Of a stretch of 64,000 nucleotides of DNA, positions 1 to 13,407 are shown piece by piece. Under the pieces are notes generated by a model. That model was given only the letters and a program-made list of their open reading frames with translations. It was not told where the DNA came from and made no database searches. The stretch lies in assembly GCA_025594325.1 (NCBI GenBank), contig JANHCV010000001.1, positions 3,844,001 to 3,908,000 on the forward strand, in the 5' to 3' direction. Positions within the stretch are counted from its first letter, which is position 1. The number at the start of each line of letters is the position of its first letter. The position numbers were made by a program, and so were the translations under genes. The stretch comes from Blastocladiella emersonii ATCC 22665 (lineage: Eukaryota > Fungi > Blastocladiomycota).

Positions 1-2192
1 TGCGACTGCAGCGCGGCGCACTTGGCGGTGAGCGCGTCGAGCTCGGCCTGTCGCGCCGCGTGCTGCTGGTACGCGCCGCTGGCCCCGGTTTCGGCGGCCT
101 GCAGCTTGCTGCGCAGCGCCTCGACCTCGCTCGTGCGCGCCTGGCGCTCGCGTTCGGACTCGGCCTGCATCGCGGCGAGCTGCCCGCGGACCTGCTCGAC
201 GGCGGCCCGAGCCTCGGTGGTCTCGGCGTTGGCGCGCTGGACAAGCTGCGTCATATCCTTTTCGAGCCGCGCGCGGTAATCCTTGAACGACGCCACCTGC
301 TTGGAGAGCTCGGCGGCGCGCGACTCGGCGGCAGCCTTGGCATCCGCAACCGCGCGCATTTCGACCGTGTACGCGTGCATAGTCGCGTTATGCTCCTCAA
401 CGCTGCGTTCGAGGCTAGCACGCCGCGCCTCGGCGGCAGTCGCGGCGTCGGACGCGGCCTTGGCGCGGGCCTCGGCGGCCGCGAGCCGCGCCTCGGCGGC
501 CGCGAGCCGCGCCTCGAGGTCCTTGACCGTGACCTTGAGCGCCTCGTGCGCCTTGACGCTGGCGCGCGACTCGCCGCGCGTCTGGCGGAGCTCGGCCGAG
601 AACGACTCGGCGTGGCCCTTGTGCATGGCGATCTCGACCGTCGCCTGCTTGACCTCCTGCTCGAGCTCGGCCTTGGCCGCGACCGCCGCGTCGCGCGCGG
701 CCGTCGCCTGCTGCAGCTCGTCGCGGAGGACGCGCAGCTGCTCGCGCAGATCGCGCGCGGTGCCCTCGAGCGCCTGCACCTCCGCGGCGCGCGCGTGCTC
801 GGCGGCGCGCAGCTTCTCCTTAAGCCGGCCCACGTCCTCGAGGTGCGCCTGCTTCGCGGCGCGCACCTCGGCGTCGTTGGACCCCGAGTCGACGATCTTG
901 AGGTGCTCGTCGACAAGGATCTTGATCGCGGCGACGGCACGCTCGACAGCGATCGACTCGGGCGTCATGCCGACGCCCTTGGGCTGCGGCACCGGGTACA
1001 GCTGGCCGACCTGCTCGTCGATGGTGCGCAGGGCCTCGAGCAGCGCCGCCTTCTCCTCGCGCATCATGGAGTTGCGGAACGCCAGGTCCGTCTCGCGCGG
1101 CGTCATGGCACCCGCGGGCGGCCCGTGGTGGTGCTGCGGCGGCGTCTGCATGCCGGCCGGCGTCATGTTGCCCGAGACGGGGAACGCCGAGGACGGGCGC
1201 GACGGCGTCGAAACGCGCGACGCCGGCGCGTGCTGCTGCTGCGCGCGCTGCGTCTCGAGGTGCCGCTTCAGCGACCGGTTCTCGTCGTCGAGCTGCTTGC
1301 ACCGGTCCGCCGCCGGCTTGAGCCGCGATACGGTCTCGGCAAGACGCTTGTTCTCGGTCTCGAGGCGCGCTACATTTCACCATTGGTGAGTGATTTCATT
1401 GTAACACGGTAGATGAGGTTGGACTGTACCCTTTTCGCTCGACATGCGCTCCAGCTCAGCACGGACCCGCGCCAGCTCGTCGTTCGCCCGTGTATCCAAC
1501 ATCGACGTGGCTGGACTCTGCGGCAGCGAGTTACCGTCGCGGATCGGGTCGAACGGCTTGGCCCGCTGCGCGTCGCGCGCGTCCGGGCGGCCCGGCGTCC
1601 GCGACCCAGTCTGCGGCTGCGCTGGCGCCGCCGACGCGAGATCGCGGAGCACCTGGCCCATCTCGCGGGACGACGACGCGAGAGCGGCCGCGAAGGCCGA
1701 GTGGATACCCGTCAGCCGGTCCTGGACGTGACGGGGCAGCGGCACGTCGAACTGCGGGACCGGCGCGTGCACGCTCGGGTACCGTGCCGGCTGGCTCGCG
1801 AAAGCCGCCTGCTGCGTGTTGTCGGCGGTCGACTCGATCTCGGACAGCGTGACGGAGCCGCCCGAGTGGTGGCGCGCGCGCGACGTGAGCGGGCTCGCCC
1901 CGAACGACGTGTGCGTCGTGTCGCCTGGCAACTGCGGCGGCGGCTGTGATCCAGGCGGTGCCTGCGGTGCGCCGTTCGCGTACTGCTGCTGCTGCGGCGG
2001 GTAGCGCGATGACGGTGGCGGCTGCGAAAGGGACTGGTACGGCTGCATAGGCGCCTGAGGTTGCGGCGGCGGCTGCGAGTGGGGCGGCGGGTACGGCGCG
2101 GAGGTCGGCGGACAGTGGTGGTGGTTGTGCGACGCCGGCGCCCACTGGGCGGCTGGCGGATAGCCGCCGCGAGGATCCCCGCGCTGCGACAT
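1..2192 (-). CDS. Hypothetical Pro/Gln-rich N-terminus plus long coiled-coil protein; runs off the window start (3' end missing)
   Basis: ATG at 2192 (MSQRGDPRGG). Intron 1370-1429 (GTACAG..TAG) joins EK-A-RLETENKRL in frame. The frame then stays open to position 1 with heptad-rich sequence (EARLAAAEARLAAAEARAK). Confidence 0.75.
470..516. repeat. 21-bp direct tandem repeat (about 2.2 copies) encoding a duplicated heptad EARLAAA
   Basis: cctcggcggccgcgagccgcg at 470-490 and 491-511, followed by cctcg. Confidence 0.8.
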
Positions 2193-2471
2193 GGCGAATA
2201 ATTATGCAAGGTGCCCGTCTGGACTAGGGATGATTCATGGAAGGTTAGTGCGTAAAGTCTTGATGGTGCGCTAGTAGAGGAGAGGGAGTTGCATGAGGTT
2301 GGAGGAGCAGGCCTGATCCGTGAGAGGGCGCGCGTTTCTGAACGTTAAGAAAATCCACAGCGGATTTTTTTCTTACGCTTCAGAAACGAGCTCGCGCCAA
2401 ACACTCAACACACGCAACTCAGCGAAACATGGGGATAACGTCAAATAAAAAATGAAACATCAACCGCAGGC

Positions 2472-3795
2472 TCAAGATGCGGGACTGTTACCACCGAGTG
2501 CCTCCTGGATCAGTTTCTTCTGCTTGGGGCTCAGGTACGTCGGGAACTCGACCTGGAAGCGGATCAGCAGGTCGCCCTTGCGCCGCCGCGACGGGTCTTC
2601 GGCGAGGACCTCGGGCTTCTCGACGATGGGCATGCCCTCGCCCTCGACGCGCTTGACGTAGAACGGGCTACAGCGGATCAGAACAAGGAGTGTGAGTTCC
2701 GTGGCCGCGGCCATCAACGGTGGCCATGGACGACGACATACCTGACGACCTCGTAGATCGGAATATTGAGCTGCCGGCCGTCGAGCGCCTTGAGGATGAC
2801 GGCGGACCCGGTGAGCGCCTCCTGGAGCGTGACCTTGTGCGTGTAGACGAGGTTGTCGCTGCCGTCGCGCGTGTACGTCGGGTGCGGGTCGACGTGGACG
2901 ATAAAGACCACGTCCGCCGCGATCGTGTGCGGGGCCTGGTCGCCGTGCTCGGGGAACACGAGCCGCGTGCCGTGCTTGGTGCCCGGCGCGACAATCAGCG
3001 GCAGCGTGTCAGTCTTGGTCGCCTGGCGGTCCGACGCCTCGCCGCTCTCGAGCACGGTGCGCGCCCACGCCACCTTCTTGGTGATCCCGACGTACGCCTC
3101 CTCGAGTGTGATGTGCAGGGGCTTTTCAATCGGTGGCTGCTTGACGATCTCCGGCCGGATCGACCCGTAGCCAACTCGTTGCACGCCCGTCTGGATGTCG
3201 TACAGGTGCTCCTTGAACACCTCTACTTGGTTGAGCGCGTCAGCGTGGCGGGTTGGGGCCGTATACGGTGAGGCAATGGTACCGTGAAAGACGTTGTCAC
3301 CGCCAAAGTAATCGCGGAACGTCTTGTTCGAGTCGCCGTGGTACTTGTATCCGGGGAACCCGGGCTTATCTACATGGTTTGGTCGCGGTCAGAGGGAGAT
3401 AGGAGGTGCGCGTCAAACGGAGAGACATACCGGACTGAGCGGGGAACCCGTTCTCTAGGCCCTCGCGACCGAACAGGTCGTAGACAGCGCGCGTCTCCAC
3501 TACGCGAAGCAGACGCAAGTCAGTGTGGCCGCTCATACCCAGCAACTACCCGAGTCGTACATCGATGCAACACATCGAACGCCTCACAGATCCGCGCAAA
3601 CTCGGCCGGGTCGGTGCCCTTCTTGCGGTCGGGATGATGCTGCAGGGCGAGCCGGCGGAACGCGCTCTGGATGTCGTGAAGCTCGGCCGACCGCGGCAGC
3701 CCGAGAACCTGGTAGTAGTCCACGGCCGGCGGGCCCGTCTTCGGGATCGTGGGCGCGGTCCCCGGCTTCGACGTGCTCGTTTGCGCAGCTGGCAT
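2472..3795 (-). CDS. DNAJB13: Class II J-domain protein, radial-spoke HSP40 (RSP16/DNAJB13-like)
   Basis: J domain DYYQVLGL..LQHHPDRK; YKYHGDSNKTFRDYFGGDN resembles the DNAJB13 linker; C-terminal DnaJ domains (PPIEKPLHITLEE, GDLLIRFQVEFP); no zinc finger. Introns 3500-3560, 3370-3430 and 2668-2741 all join in frame. Confidence 0.85.
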
Positions 3796-3923
3796 GGTGT
3801 TGATGGCGTGGTTTCGTTTCACAAAGTGGTTCGGATCGGCGACCGATGCAGCGTTGTGGCGACAAGGGCGAGCGGCGCGACGACGCGACGCGTCGACCCG
3901 GCGATCACATGTTTGTCGGTCGC

Positions 3924-3945
3924 GTCTCGCACGCGTGTCTCGCAC
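3924..3945 (-). promoter_or_regulatory. Tandem GTGCGAGAC x2 (13-bp period) upstream of DNAJB13
   Basis: + strand GTCTCGCAC at 3924-3932 and 3937-3945, 129-150 nt upstream of the ATG at 3795. Function is inferred from recurrence only. Confidence 0.6.
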
Positions 3946-4057
3946 CCGCTCGGCGCAGCGGTTCTGCGGCTCCTGACCCTTGCACCATGTAAAAACTCCT
4001 GAAAGTGTATGTAGAGGCTATTATACAGGTTTAGGTATCACAAACTCTTCGCCTCGC

Positions 4058-5360
4058 CTAGGACGGCGAAGCAGCGGGCTTCTCGACGCGGCGCGCACGC
4101 AACGTCGCGGGCGAGATGGGCTCGACGGGGCTGCCGCCGAGCGCGAAAAAGGTCTGGATCGGGCTCACCTTGGGCGAGACGGCGAGCGAGCTCGAGAGCG
4201 ATCGGCGATGCAGCGCCATGGACGCAGACGTGGAGGCCGACATGGACGAGGAGGCGGAGAGCGAGGCGTGGAGCTTGGGCGGGACGCGGATGAAGGGGAT
4301 GAAACCCCACTTGGTCTGCAGCGTCACGCCGGGGACGCGGTGCACGTAACGCATCCGGATGTACATCATCGACGTAAGCCACATGGCGCCCGCGGTCGCG
4401 GTGCCGACGTGCCACACGGCGTGCAGGTGCAGCGGCTCGAGGTACTCGCAGAAGATCTGGTCGAGTTCCTACAGGTGCCTCGGTGTGAGATCGAGTTGCG
4501 ACCACGCGAGCTGCAACCGTACCCATGCGACAAACGACAGCGTCAGCGTGAGGAACCCGAGGAGGAACGAGCGGCGCAGCTTGGGCTCGTGCTTCGTAAA
4601 CGGATACGGCAGGATCAGGATGGGCGCGATGAGGACGCCGAACACGATGTGGAACGTCACGACGAGCCGCTGCGTGACGTGCAGGATCGAGTAGGCGATG
4701 CCAGAGATCCACATGGCGGCGGGCAGCCACGCGTAACGCTTCTTGGCCGTGTTCTCGATGGCGAGGTAGCTGAAGACGAGCTCTATACGTCAAATGTTGC
4801 GTGAGTGTGAGACCGCCGTGAGCCTGAGGCTAAACGACCGTACCCATGTAGATCATGGGCAGCTCGTCGAGGAGCTGCGCCTCGTACTGCAGCGTCGCGT
4901 GGAAGCAAAAGCTGCCGATGCCCACGAGCATGAGGAACAGCGCCGCGAGTCCATAACGCCGCTCCACTACGGACCGCACATGTCAGTATGGCCCGACAAC
5001 GGCGGGAGTAGAGCCCAGCGCACAGCCAAACTCGCGCGCCTTGATGAACATAGTCGCGGCGACCGCGATGGTCACGGCGTTGGACGTCGCGTTGAAGAAT
5101 TCCGCAATGTACGGCGTGACGACGTGGTCCAGCTCGCACCAGTCAACGGACGCGGTTGCCGGGCCCCAGATGCCTATCACGTTCGACACTGGAAGCGCGA
5201 GGGGTCCGCGTCAGCGTCCATCGCGGTCCGAGAGACACGGGTGGCTCAGCGCACCTGGCCCGAACCGCGTGATGGTGTGCGTGTGGGTGTGGCGGTGGCC
5301 GTGAGTCGCCGGGGCCGACTGGTTGGGTAGTTCATGGCCCAGAGGTGGTGGTTGATTCAT
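4058..5360 (-). CDS. Alkaline ceramidase (ACER3/YPC1/YDC1, CREST family)
   Basis: [49 protein letters not shown] and LHAVWH Zn-ligand motifs. Introns 5189-5254, 4967-5023, 4783-4843 and 4469-4522. The start at 5360 is the least certain part. Confidence 0.9.
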
Positions 5361-5661
5361 GGAGAGATGCGTGTAAGGGAGAAGCGGAAGCGGTGCGGCC
5401 GGAACGAGAAGGTCAGGCGGGAGCAGGCTCAAGTAGTGTGAGTGCCATTTCTTTGCAGCAACTGCCCGCTCGTGCTGACGTGGGTGAAAGTGTGGCTCGG
5501 GCGGGGCTCCCAAGACGGACTGACAGGTGCTGCGCCAACCGACGCGTCGGTCATTTTTGCTCGCTGTCTCACCCGTCCCGTCGGATGACTCGCCAACTGT
5601 CTCGCGCCTCTCGAGCGGGAGCAAGGACAAGATACAGGCACTTTTATTCATCACGCACACA

Positions 5662-8600
5662 TCAGTAGTTTTCCAACACGAGCTTGGGGACAATGTTCAT
5701 GGACTGCAGCTCCTGGAACAGCAGCTTGGCCGCGTACGGGATCTGCATCTGGGTCATGTCGGCCGACGACTTGCAGTGCTGGCACCACCCGGGGTACCCG
5801 AGGAGCCCGCACCGCTGGCACACGTTGGCCGTGAACGCGTCCGACGACAGCATGAGTCGCTCGAGGAGCAGCTGCGCCGCGCCGTGCCCGATGAGGCAGT
5901 CGCGCTCCATCTCGCCGAGACGCAGGCCACCGTCGCGCGAGCGACCCTCGGTCGGCTGCCGTGTGAGGACCGCGCGCGGACCACGCGCACGCGCGTGCAT
6001 CTTGTCCATGACCATGTGCTTGAGCTTCTGGTAGTAGACGGGCCCGAAGAAGATGTACGCCGACAGCGGCTCGCCCGTGATGCCCGACGTGACGTAGTCC
6101 TTGCCGGCGTAGTTGAACCCGTGCTCGACGAGGATGCGCGACATGTCCTCGACCTTGGACCCGCCGAAGGCGGTGCCGTACTGCAGCTCGCCCTTGAGCA
6201 CGCCGGCCTTGCCCGCGAGCAGCTCGATCATCTTGCCGACCGTCATGCGCGACGGGAACCCGTGCGGGTTCATGATGATGTCCGGGTAGATGCCGCGGTC
6301 CGTGAACGGCATGTCCTCCTGGTTGACGATGATGCCCGTGACGCCCTTCTGCCCGTGGCGCGACGAGAACTTGTCGCCGAGCTCGGGCCGCCGCGTCTGC
6401 CGCAGCAGCACCTTGATGAGCGTCGAGTCGTCGTGCGTCGTGGACAGCAGGATCTTGTCAATGTACGACGGCACGGGGAGCTTGTACGTGAGCGGCTCGT
6501 CGCGGAACGTAACCGCGTTCGGGCCGGCCCCCGACACGGTCGGCGCCTGCTTGTTGACGTACACCTGGCCCGCCGACACGAGCCCGCCGACGGCACCGAG
6601 GCCGTCACTGTCGAGCGCCGCGTGCTTGAACTGCCCCTCGATCGGGTCGCTCAACCGGTCGTAGGTGCCGTTCGAGTACCGCTTGATCAGCGTGGCCGAC
6701 TTCTTGAGCACGACACACCGCCCGAACCCGCGGTCGAGCGACGCCTTGTTGAGGACCAGCGCGTCCTCGATATCGTACCCTGAGTACGACATGACCGCGA
6801 GCATGGCGTTGTGGCCCGCCGGCACCTTGTCGTAGTTGATGAGCTCGATGGTCTTGGTCTTGACCATGGGCTGCTGCGTGTAGACGAGGAGGTACAGCAG
6901 CGTGTCCATGCGGTCGAGCTGGTTGTACGCGATGGCGCCCATGGCCTGCTTGCCCATGGCGCACTGGTACGTGTTGCGCGGCGACTGGTTGTGGTGCGGG
7001 TACGGGATGAGGCCGGCGACCGCGCCGAGCACCGTGAACGGCTCGATCTCGAGGTGCGTCGTCGACTGGGCGTCAATGTCCTTTTCGTACAGCGCAATGT
7101 GGATGTCGTTCTCCTCGTTCACGTCGAGGTACTCGACCAGCCCGCACTTGAGGAAGTCGTCGAACACCATGAGGCCGGCGTGCAGCTGCTGCATGTGGTG
7201 CGCCGTCACGCGCGGGCGGCCGTTCTCGACAATGATGAGGGGCCGGCACACACGGCCGGCGTCGCACGCGACCTGGATCGCCTGCATCGACGCCTGCGTG
7301 TAGATGGACACGAAGGGCGAGATGGCGCCGGCGCGGCGCATGCGGCGGAGCCCCGCGACGAACGGCTGCGGCTGGTGCGTGATGCCGACGAGCAGGCCGT
7401 TGAGGAACACGAGCCAGCCCGTGTGCAGCTCGTCGCCCGTGACGAGACCCGCGTCGCGCACGCCAAGCGACAGCATGAGGCGCACGATCGGGTCCTCGTC
7501 CGAGTTGGTGGTGATGTGCGTCATGAGCGCGAGGTTCTTGACGAGACCGCACGCCTCGCCCTCGGGCGTGTCCGAGGGGCACAGCATGCCCCACTGCGAC
7601 GGCTGCAGCGAGCGCGGGCCCGACACCTTGCGCGTCTTCTCGAACTGCGAGCTGATGCGCGTCATCATGCCGAGCGCCGACACGTACGACAGCCGCGTCA
7701 GGGCCTGGGTGATCCCGGCGCGGTCCATCTTGAACCGCTTGATGTTCCAGTTGCCCGACGAGATGGGCGCGGCGAGGCCGTTGGTGATGGTCATGGCGTG
7801 CGCCGCGACGTGCGTGATGGCGTCGAACGCGGCTGCGCGCGAGCGGAGCTTGAGGATCTTGTCGATGTTGGACTTGACGTCCTCGGTGAACTTCTTGAAC
7901 GAGTCGTCGAAGAGCAGGGCGAGGAGCTCGCCGGCCAGCTCGAGTCGCTTGTTGCCGAGGAAGTCGCGGTCGTCGACCTCCTTGCGCGACGACGAGAGCA
8001 GGACGCGGCGGCACATGAGGCCGAGGTAGATGCATTTGGGCTTGGTGAAGAGGCCGCGCGCGGGGACGTGGGCGAGCACGACGCGGGCGAGGATCTCGAG
8101 CACCTCCTCGGTCCGCGACAGCTGGCCGCGGTACCCGGCGCCGCCCTTGGTGGGCTTGTAGCGCGTGCTCAGGTACTCGAGCGCCTGGTCCTGGGTGAAG
8201 ATGCCGAGCGCGGACGCCTCCTCGAGCGAGGGCGCGAACAGCTCGACGAGCTCGGCGTTGCGGCCGACGACGAGCTGGACCACCTCCACGTCCGAGGTCA
8301 TGCCGAGACCGCGCATGATGACGACGATCGGGATCTCCTCGGTCAGCGTGTTGGTCTTGAGGTACAGCTTGCGGTGCTTGAGGATCAGGTTGGTTTTGGA
8401 CTTGACCTCGGTGGTGGACGAGGTGACCGAGGCGACGATGCCGCCCTTGGAGTCAATGTCGACGATGATGCGGTTCTTGGACAGCTGCTCCTGCACGAGG
8501 ATCACCTTCTCGGAGCCCTTGACGACAAAGTAGCCTCCGGGGTCGAGCGGGCACTCGTCGAGCGCGCACAGCTCGGCAAACGACTTTTCGTGGAGCACGC

Positions 8601-9139
8601 AGTTGCTGGAGCGCAGCATGATCGGGATGCGACCGATGACGACGCCCTTGGTCTTGACAATGTGCTTGTTGCGCACGTACTCGACGTCGACGTAGATGGG
8701 CGCGGCGTAGGTCATGTCGCGCAGGCGGCACTCGTGCGGCGTCAGCGGGCGGCTGATGCCGACCGGCTCGGTCACCTCGGGCCGCCCGACGCGCACCGCG
8801 GTGAACCGGAGGTAGAACTCGGGGTCGACGTCCGACTCGATGCGCGAGTTGGCCGCCACGATGGCGGGCATCCCGTGCTGCACGAACCAGTCGAACGAGT
8901 CGACGTGCTGCTTGACGAGGCCCTTGACCTTGAGGAAGGCAGGGAGCAGCTTCCACTTGTCCTAGACGCGATGGGTGGAAGACGATAAGCGACGGGGTGC
9001 GGGCGAGTGGTGGTCGTCGAAGCAAGTGCAAGCGCACCTCGACGGTCGGGACGGCGTCGTTTATGGCCTTGCCGCCGAAGCGGGCGTTGTCCTGCCAGTC
9101 GACGGCGGGCTCTACGACGTCCGGCTCGTTCTTGATCAT
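5662..9139 (-). CDS. RPC2: DNA-directed RNA polymerase III second-largest subunit
   Basis: [46 protein letters not shown] and C-terminal Zn ribbon CQRC..CQHC. One intron, 8962-9037. Confidence 0.97.
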
Positions 9140-9576
9140 GGCGTTGGTGGGGCGAGCGAATCGATGGTGGCCGGGCGATCACTTGCGGAGCGGGTGATGG
9201 GGATGCTCGTCAAGGCGAGAGCGCAGCGCATGCAGGAGGGCCAAGGAAGACGGCCGAGTCGAGGGTCCCGCGTGGTGCGCCGACGATGCACCGAGTGGTA
9301 TAGGGATGCAGGCTCTGCTACGTCGTCGCCGAGGGTTCGCGGATGACGCACGGCTGGTCAGAGCAGCGAGCGCCGCGAAGCGAGGCGGCCGTTTAAAAAA
9401 GTGTTGACTCGCACCACGCGCGACAATGTGACCCGTCGATCAGCGCTTCCTCTCTCTCCCTCCATCGCTCGTTGATGTTTCCCACGCGATGCTGCGAATG
9501 GAATGAATAGACTTGCGGCAATGATTTATCTTCTATGAAACAACTGCAATCACACGCCGAGACCGCGTCATGGCGA

Positions 9577-12500
9577 TCACAGCGAGATGGACATGAGCTC
9601 CTTGCGCAGCTTGTTGACTTCGCTACACGGACACGCATCGTCAGTCTCGTTCCCGACCCGTCCCAGCGACAAAAGCCAGCGTACCTCGTGAGCTGAACGT
9701 TCTCGTCAATCAGCTTCTGCGTCTCGTTCTCGCGCGCCGCGACCTGCTTGGTGAACTTGCGCTGCACCGTCGACAGCGTCTTCTCGAGGAGGTCGCGCTG
9801 CCGGAGCTCCTGGTCGCGCTCGTCGGTGAAGGCGCCCGGCTTGTTGCGCGACCGCGTCTGTTTCCGCCGCTGCGGCGTCGCAGCCGCTGAGCTCGAGCTC
9901 GCCCCGTCCTCGGTGTTGCTCCCGAGCCGCCCAGGTGCCGACGAGATGTGCGGCTTGGCCTTGGCCGGGCTCGCCGGCGGCGTGTCCTGCAGGTCGGCGA
10001 CCGACGACTCGGGCGGGTCGGGCTGCCCGCAGTACTTGTGGAACAGGGCGCGGACCGAACGCTTGAGGCTGTTGGGGTCGCGGACGTGCTGCGAGAGGGC
10101 AAGCACGTCGCGGTGCAGCGTGTCGACGACGAGCCGCGCGACCGCGGTGCGGCGCTGCTGGACCTCGAGCTCGCGCTCCGTGCCCGCGAGCTTCTGCAGC
10201 AGGTCGTCGCGGGTGAACCGCATCGCGCTGCGCGCCTTGAGGTACCCGGCGAGCTCCACGTCCATGTCGGCGAGCTGGCCCTGCAGCCGCACAATGTCCT
10301 GCTCGCGCGGCTCGATCTGCTTGCGCAGCTCGACGATCTTGTAGTCGAGGACGAACTTGAACTTTTCGAGCTCCTTGTTCTTCTTCTTGAGGTCCGAGAT
10401 GCGCTTCTCCTTGTCCTCGATCGTGTCCTCGCGCTCCTGCAGCTCGCGGCGCGCACCGGAAATGTCCTTTTCCAGGGTCTTGATGATGGCGGTCAGCTTG
10501 CGCTCCTCTTGCGACATCTTTTGGATCTCGACCTTGTTGCTCTCGATCTTTTTGAGCAGCGCGTCGTACTTTTTGTGCATCTCCTCGTTCTCCTGCTGAA
10601 TCTGCTTGAGGCTGATGCGCTCGTCCTTGAGCCGCTGCTCGTAGTAGTACTGCAGCTGCAGCACCTCCTGGTCCGTGGACGAGTCAATGTCGAGCGACTT
10701 GGACAGGAAGTCGGTGCGCCGCTGGCCCAGGTCGGCCTCGAGCTACATGTGCACTTCGTGAGTGGAGCGTCGCGAGCGACTATCAACCAAAACGTACCCC
10801 GCGCATCTCGATTTCCTTTTCCTCGATGCGCTTCGAGTAGAAATCGCGCAGCGCGTCGAGCTCCTCGTCGAGCGAGTTGCGGATCAGGTTCATGTGGCCG
10901 TGCCACTGGCCACGTTTGGCCTCGAGCGCCTCCTCGAGCGCGCGGTACCGCTCCTCCTCGGCCTTGAGCTTGAACTTGGTCCCTTCCTCGAGCTTCCTGC
11001 GCTCGGTCATGTGCTTGTCGCGGAGCTCGGCGAGCCGCTTGCCGTTGGCGATGACGCTCGTCTCGTACGCCTGGCGCAGCACCTCGTTCTCGGTGGCGAG
11101 CGCCTCGATGTCGTGCGCGAACCGCTCGGTCGTCTCGCGCGCCTTCTGCGAGTAGGTGAGCTCGCGCTGCTCGAGCACGCGCTCGTTCTCGAGGCGGATC
11201 TCCTCGACCTTCTGGCGCAGGTCGTTCATGACCTTGAGCTGGTCCTTGACGTCGGACCGCAGAGCGAGGATCTCGTCCGAGTAGGCCGTGTCGCCGACGC
11301 GGTCGCGCTTGGACCCGGCGCCGCCGCGCAGCTCCTTGTCGTGGATGCGCACGATGCACAGGCTGCCATCGCTCGACGTGGTGAAGAGGAACTGCTCGTC
11401 GAAGCTCATGCGGAGGCGCGTGATGGGCGCGTTGTGCGTGTGCAGGGAGATGACATCGGCGGCGGCGGGCGGCGGGTACCGGATCGCCTTGACGTGGCCC
11501 GTGGCCGTGGCCGCAACCACGAGCTTGCCGCTGCGCCCGACGCACAGCTGCGACACGCTCGCGTGCACGTTGATCTCGCGCGCGATCTGCGACTCGCGCA
11601 CCTCGATCACCTTGCCGTCGCCCGTCCCGACGTACATGGCCTTCTCGGCGCTGAAGATGGCCGTCTGGAACTGCGACGGGTGCGACTGCTCCGAGACGCG
11701 CCGCTGCGTCCGCAGGTCCCACTCGATGACCACGCCGTCGTGCGCGACCGTGAGCAGCCGGCAGTCGTCGTTGGACCACGCCACGGAACGGACCTTGCCC
11801 GCGTGGCCCTTGAGCGTCACGATCAGGTCGAAGCTCCACGTCGACCGCACCGTGACTATGTTCTCGTGCGCAACGACAAAGTACTGCCCGCCGTTCGAGA
11901 AGCGGCACTACACGGGCGAGGTCGGTGAGGTTGTATCGCGGGCGTACGGGTCAGGCGCGCGAACGTACCTCGCGACACCCGCGGGCATTGTACTCCCAGT
12001 ACGGCCGAATGTCGTCGAGCAAGATCTTGAGCAGCTTGATACCCTCGGCGAACCCGACGAGGAGGAACAGGCCGCTCGGGTGGAACGCGATGCTGTATGG
12101 CTCGGATTTGAAGAACTTGGCGATCTCCATGGTGTTCTCGAGAAAGTTCCAAACGCGGACCGACTGGTCGGCGCCGCAGGTCGCGAGGAGCGGCTTGCGG
12201 ATGCACACGTCGAGGCCGGTGATGGCCGAGTGGTGGGCCTGCGACAGCTTTTCGACCTTGATGTCGTCGCTCTGCAGCGAGGTGAGCGCGATCAGCTGGT
12301 TGTTCTCGAGCGAGCACACGGCGCTGTCCTCGTTGGACGAGATGGCGATGCCGCGGATCACAGCGTTCTCGACCTTGACCTCCTTGGCCGACCGGTACAG
12401 CGTGCTGTCGTCGGCGCGCTCCCACACCTGCACGAACCCGTTGTTGGACCCGGCAATGAAGCCGTTCTGGCCGGCGCGCAGGCACGTCAGGTAGTGCGGC

Positions 12501-13279
12501 CGCACGTGCACCTCGTTGGTTAGGCCTGCCATGAGCTCGAGCTTGAGCTCAGCGTTCTCGTAGATGAGCAGCTTGCCGTCGTCGGTCGACACGGCGATGC
12601 GCTCCGAGCTGAGCCACGCGTGCGCCATGTTGTTCTACACTCGGGCAGCGCGTCAGTCCCGGCGCATCGGCGGAATCTCGAGTAAACGTACGCGGTGATC
12701 CGTCTTCTGGAACGTCATGGGCTTGAGCGTGCCCTCGGTGTAGCGGTAGATGCGAAAGATGTTGTGGCCGACGACGCACAGCTGCGGCACGTTCTTGTCG
12801 AAGGGGTTGAAACTGACCTGGAGCACGCGCACGTTGGCGGCGTAGTTGAGCTTGAGCGATCCGTACACCTTGCCCTTTTCCCAGTTCCAGAGCTGGAGGT
12901 GCCAGTCGGGCTCGGCCGACTGCGTCAGGAGGAACTTGTTGTCGTTGGACAGGGCGACGCTGACAATCTCCTTGCAGTTCTGGGCCGCGTCGTCGTCGCG
13001 CAGGAGCTTCTTCTTTTTGAGCGTGTGCGCGTCGAAGATGGTGACGACGGCCTTCTTCTCGCCCTTTTCCGCGACGGCGATGAGGCGCGACGACGAGGTG
13101 AGCGCCGTGACGCTGCCGCCCTCGCTCAGCGAGATGAAGCGCTGCGACTTTTGCTCGACATTGTACACGATGATGCTCGAGCCCGCCGGGTACAGGATGT
13201 GCTGGTCGTCGAGGTAGTGCAGCGCGTTCGGGACGGACCCGACCAGGCCAAAGACGTGGCTCTGCGATAGCGTCGTCAT
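9577..13279 (-). CDS. CFAP57: WD40-repeat plus coiled-coil axonemal protein CFAP57/WDR65
   Basis: N-terminus SHVFGL..LHYLDDQHILYPAG..YNVEQKSQRFI, WD repeats (HHSAITGLDVCIRKPLLATCGADQSVRVWNF) and coiled-coil tail (LEKFKFVLDYKIVELRKQIEPRE). Introns 12635-12691, 11908-11968, 10743-10797 and 9623-9684. Confidence 0.92.
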
Positions 13280-13386
13280 GGTCGACGATGCATGGGGTTG
13301 CTCTGGCGCTTCATGGATGTGGGTGTGGCAGCCTTGGTGGTGGCCGGATGAGATTGGCGGCGAGCGAAAAACGCGTCACGCCCGCG

Positions 13387-13407
13387 GGTGGAGACGCGGT
13401 GCGAGAC
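13387..13407 (+). promoter_or_regulatory. Tandem GAGAC pair (GGTGGAGAC / GTGCGAGAC, 12-bp period) upstream of CFAP57
   Basis: Exact GTGCGAGAC at 13399-13407 and a variant at 13387-13395, about 110-130 nt upstream of the ATG at 13279. Confidence 0.55.

Noticed and set aside
3796-3990. Classical RFX X-box upstream of ciliary genes
   Set aside because: I saw no convincing palindromic GTTGCC-N-GGCAAC site in the four ciliary promoters, only loose half-sites expected at this GC content.
6811-8988. 725-aa + strand ORF and many other long overlapping ORFs (e.g. 28335-31268, 19781-21697, 44127-46151, 37745-39376)
   Set aside because: They are antisense or alternative-frame shadows of real genes. 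Strong GC3 codon bias removes stop codons, and the products are Arg/Gly/Val-rich with no motifs.
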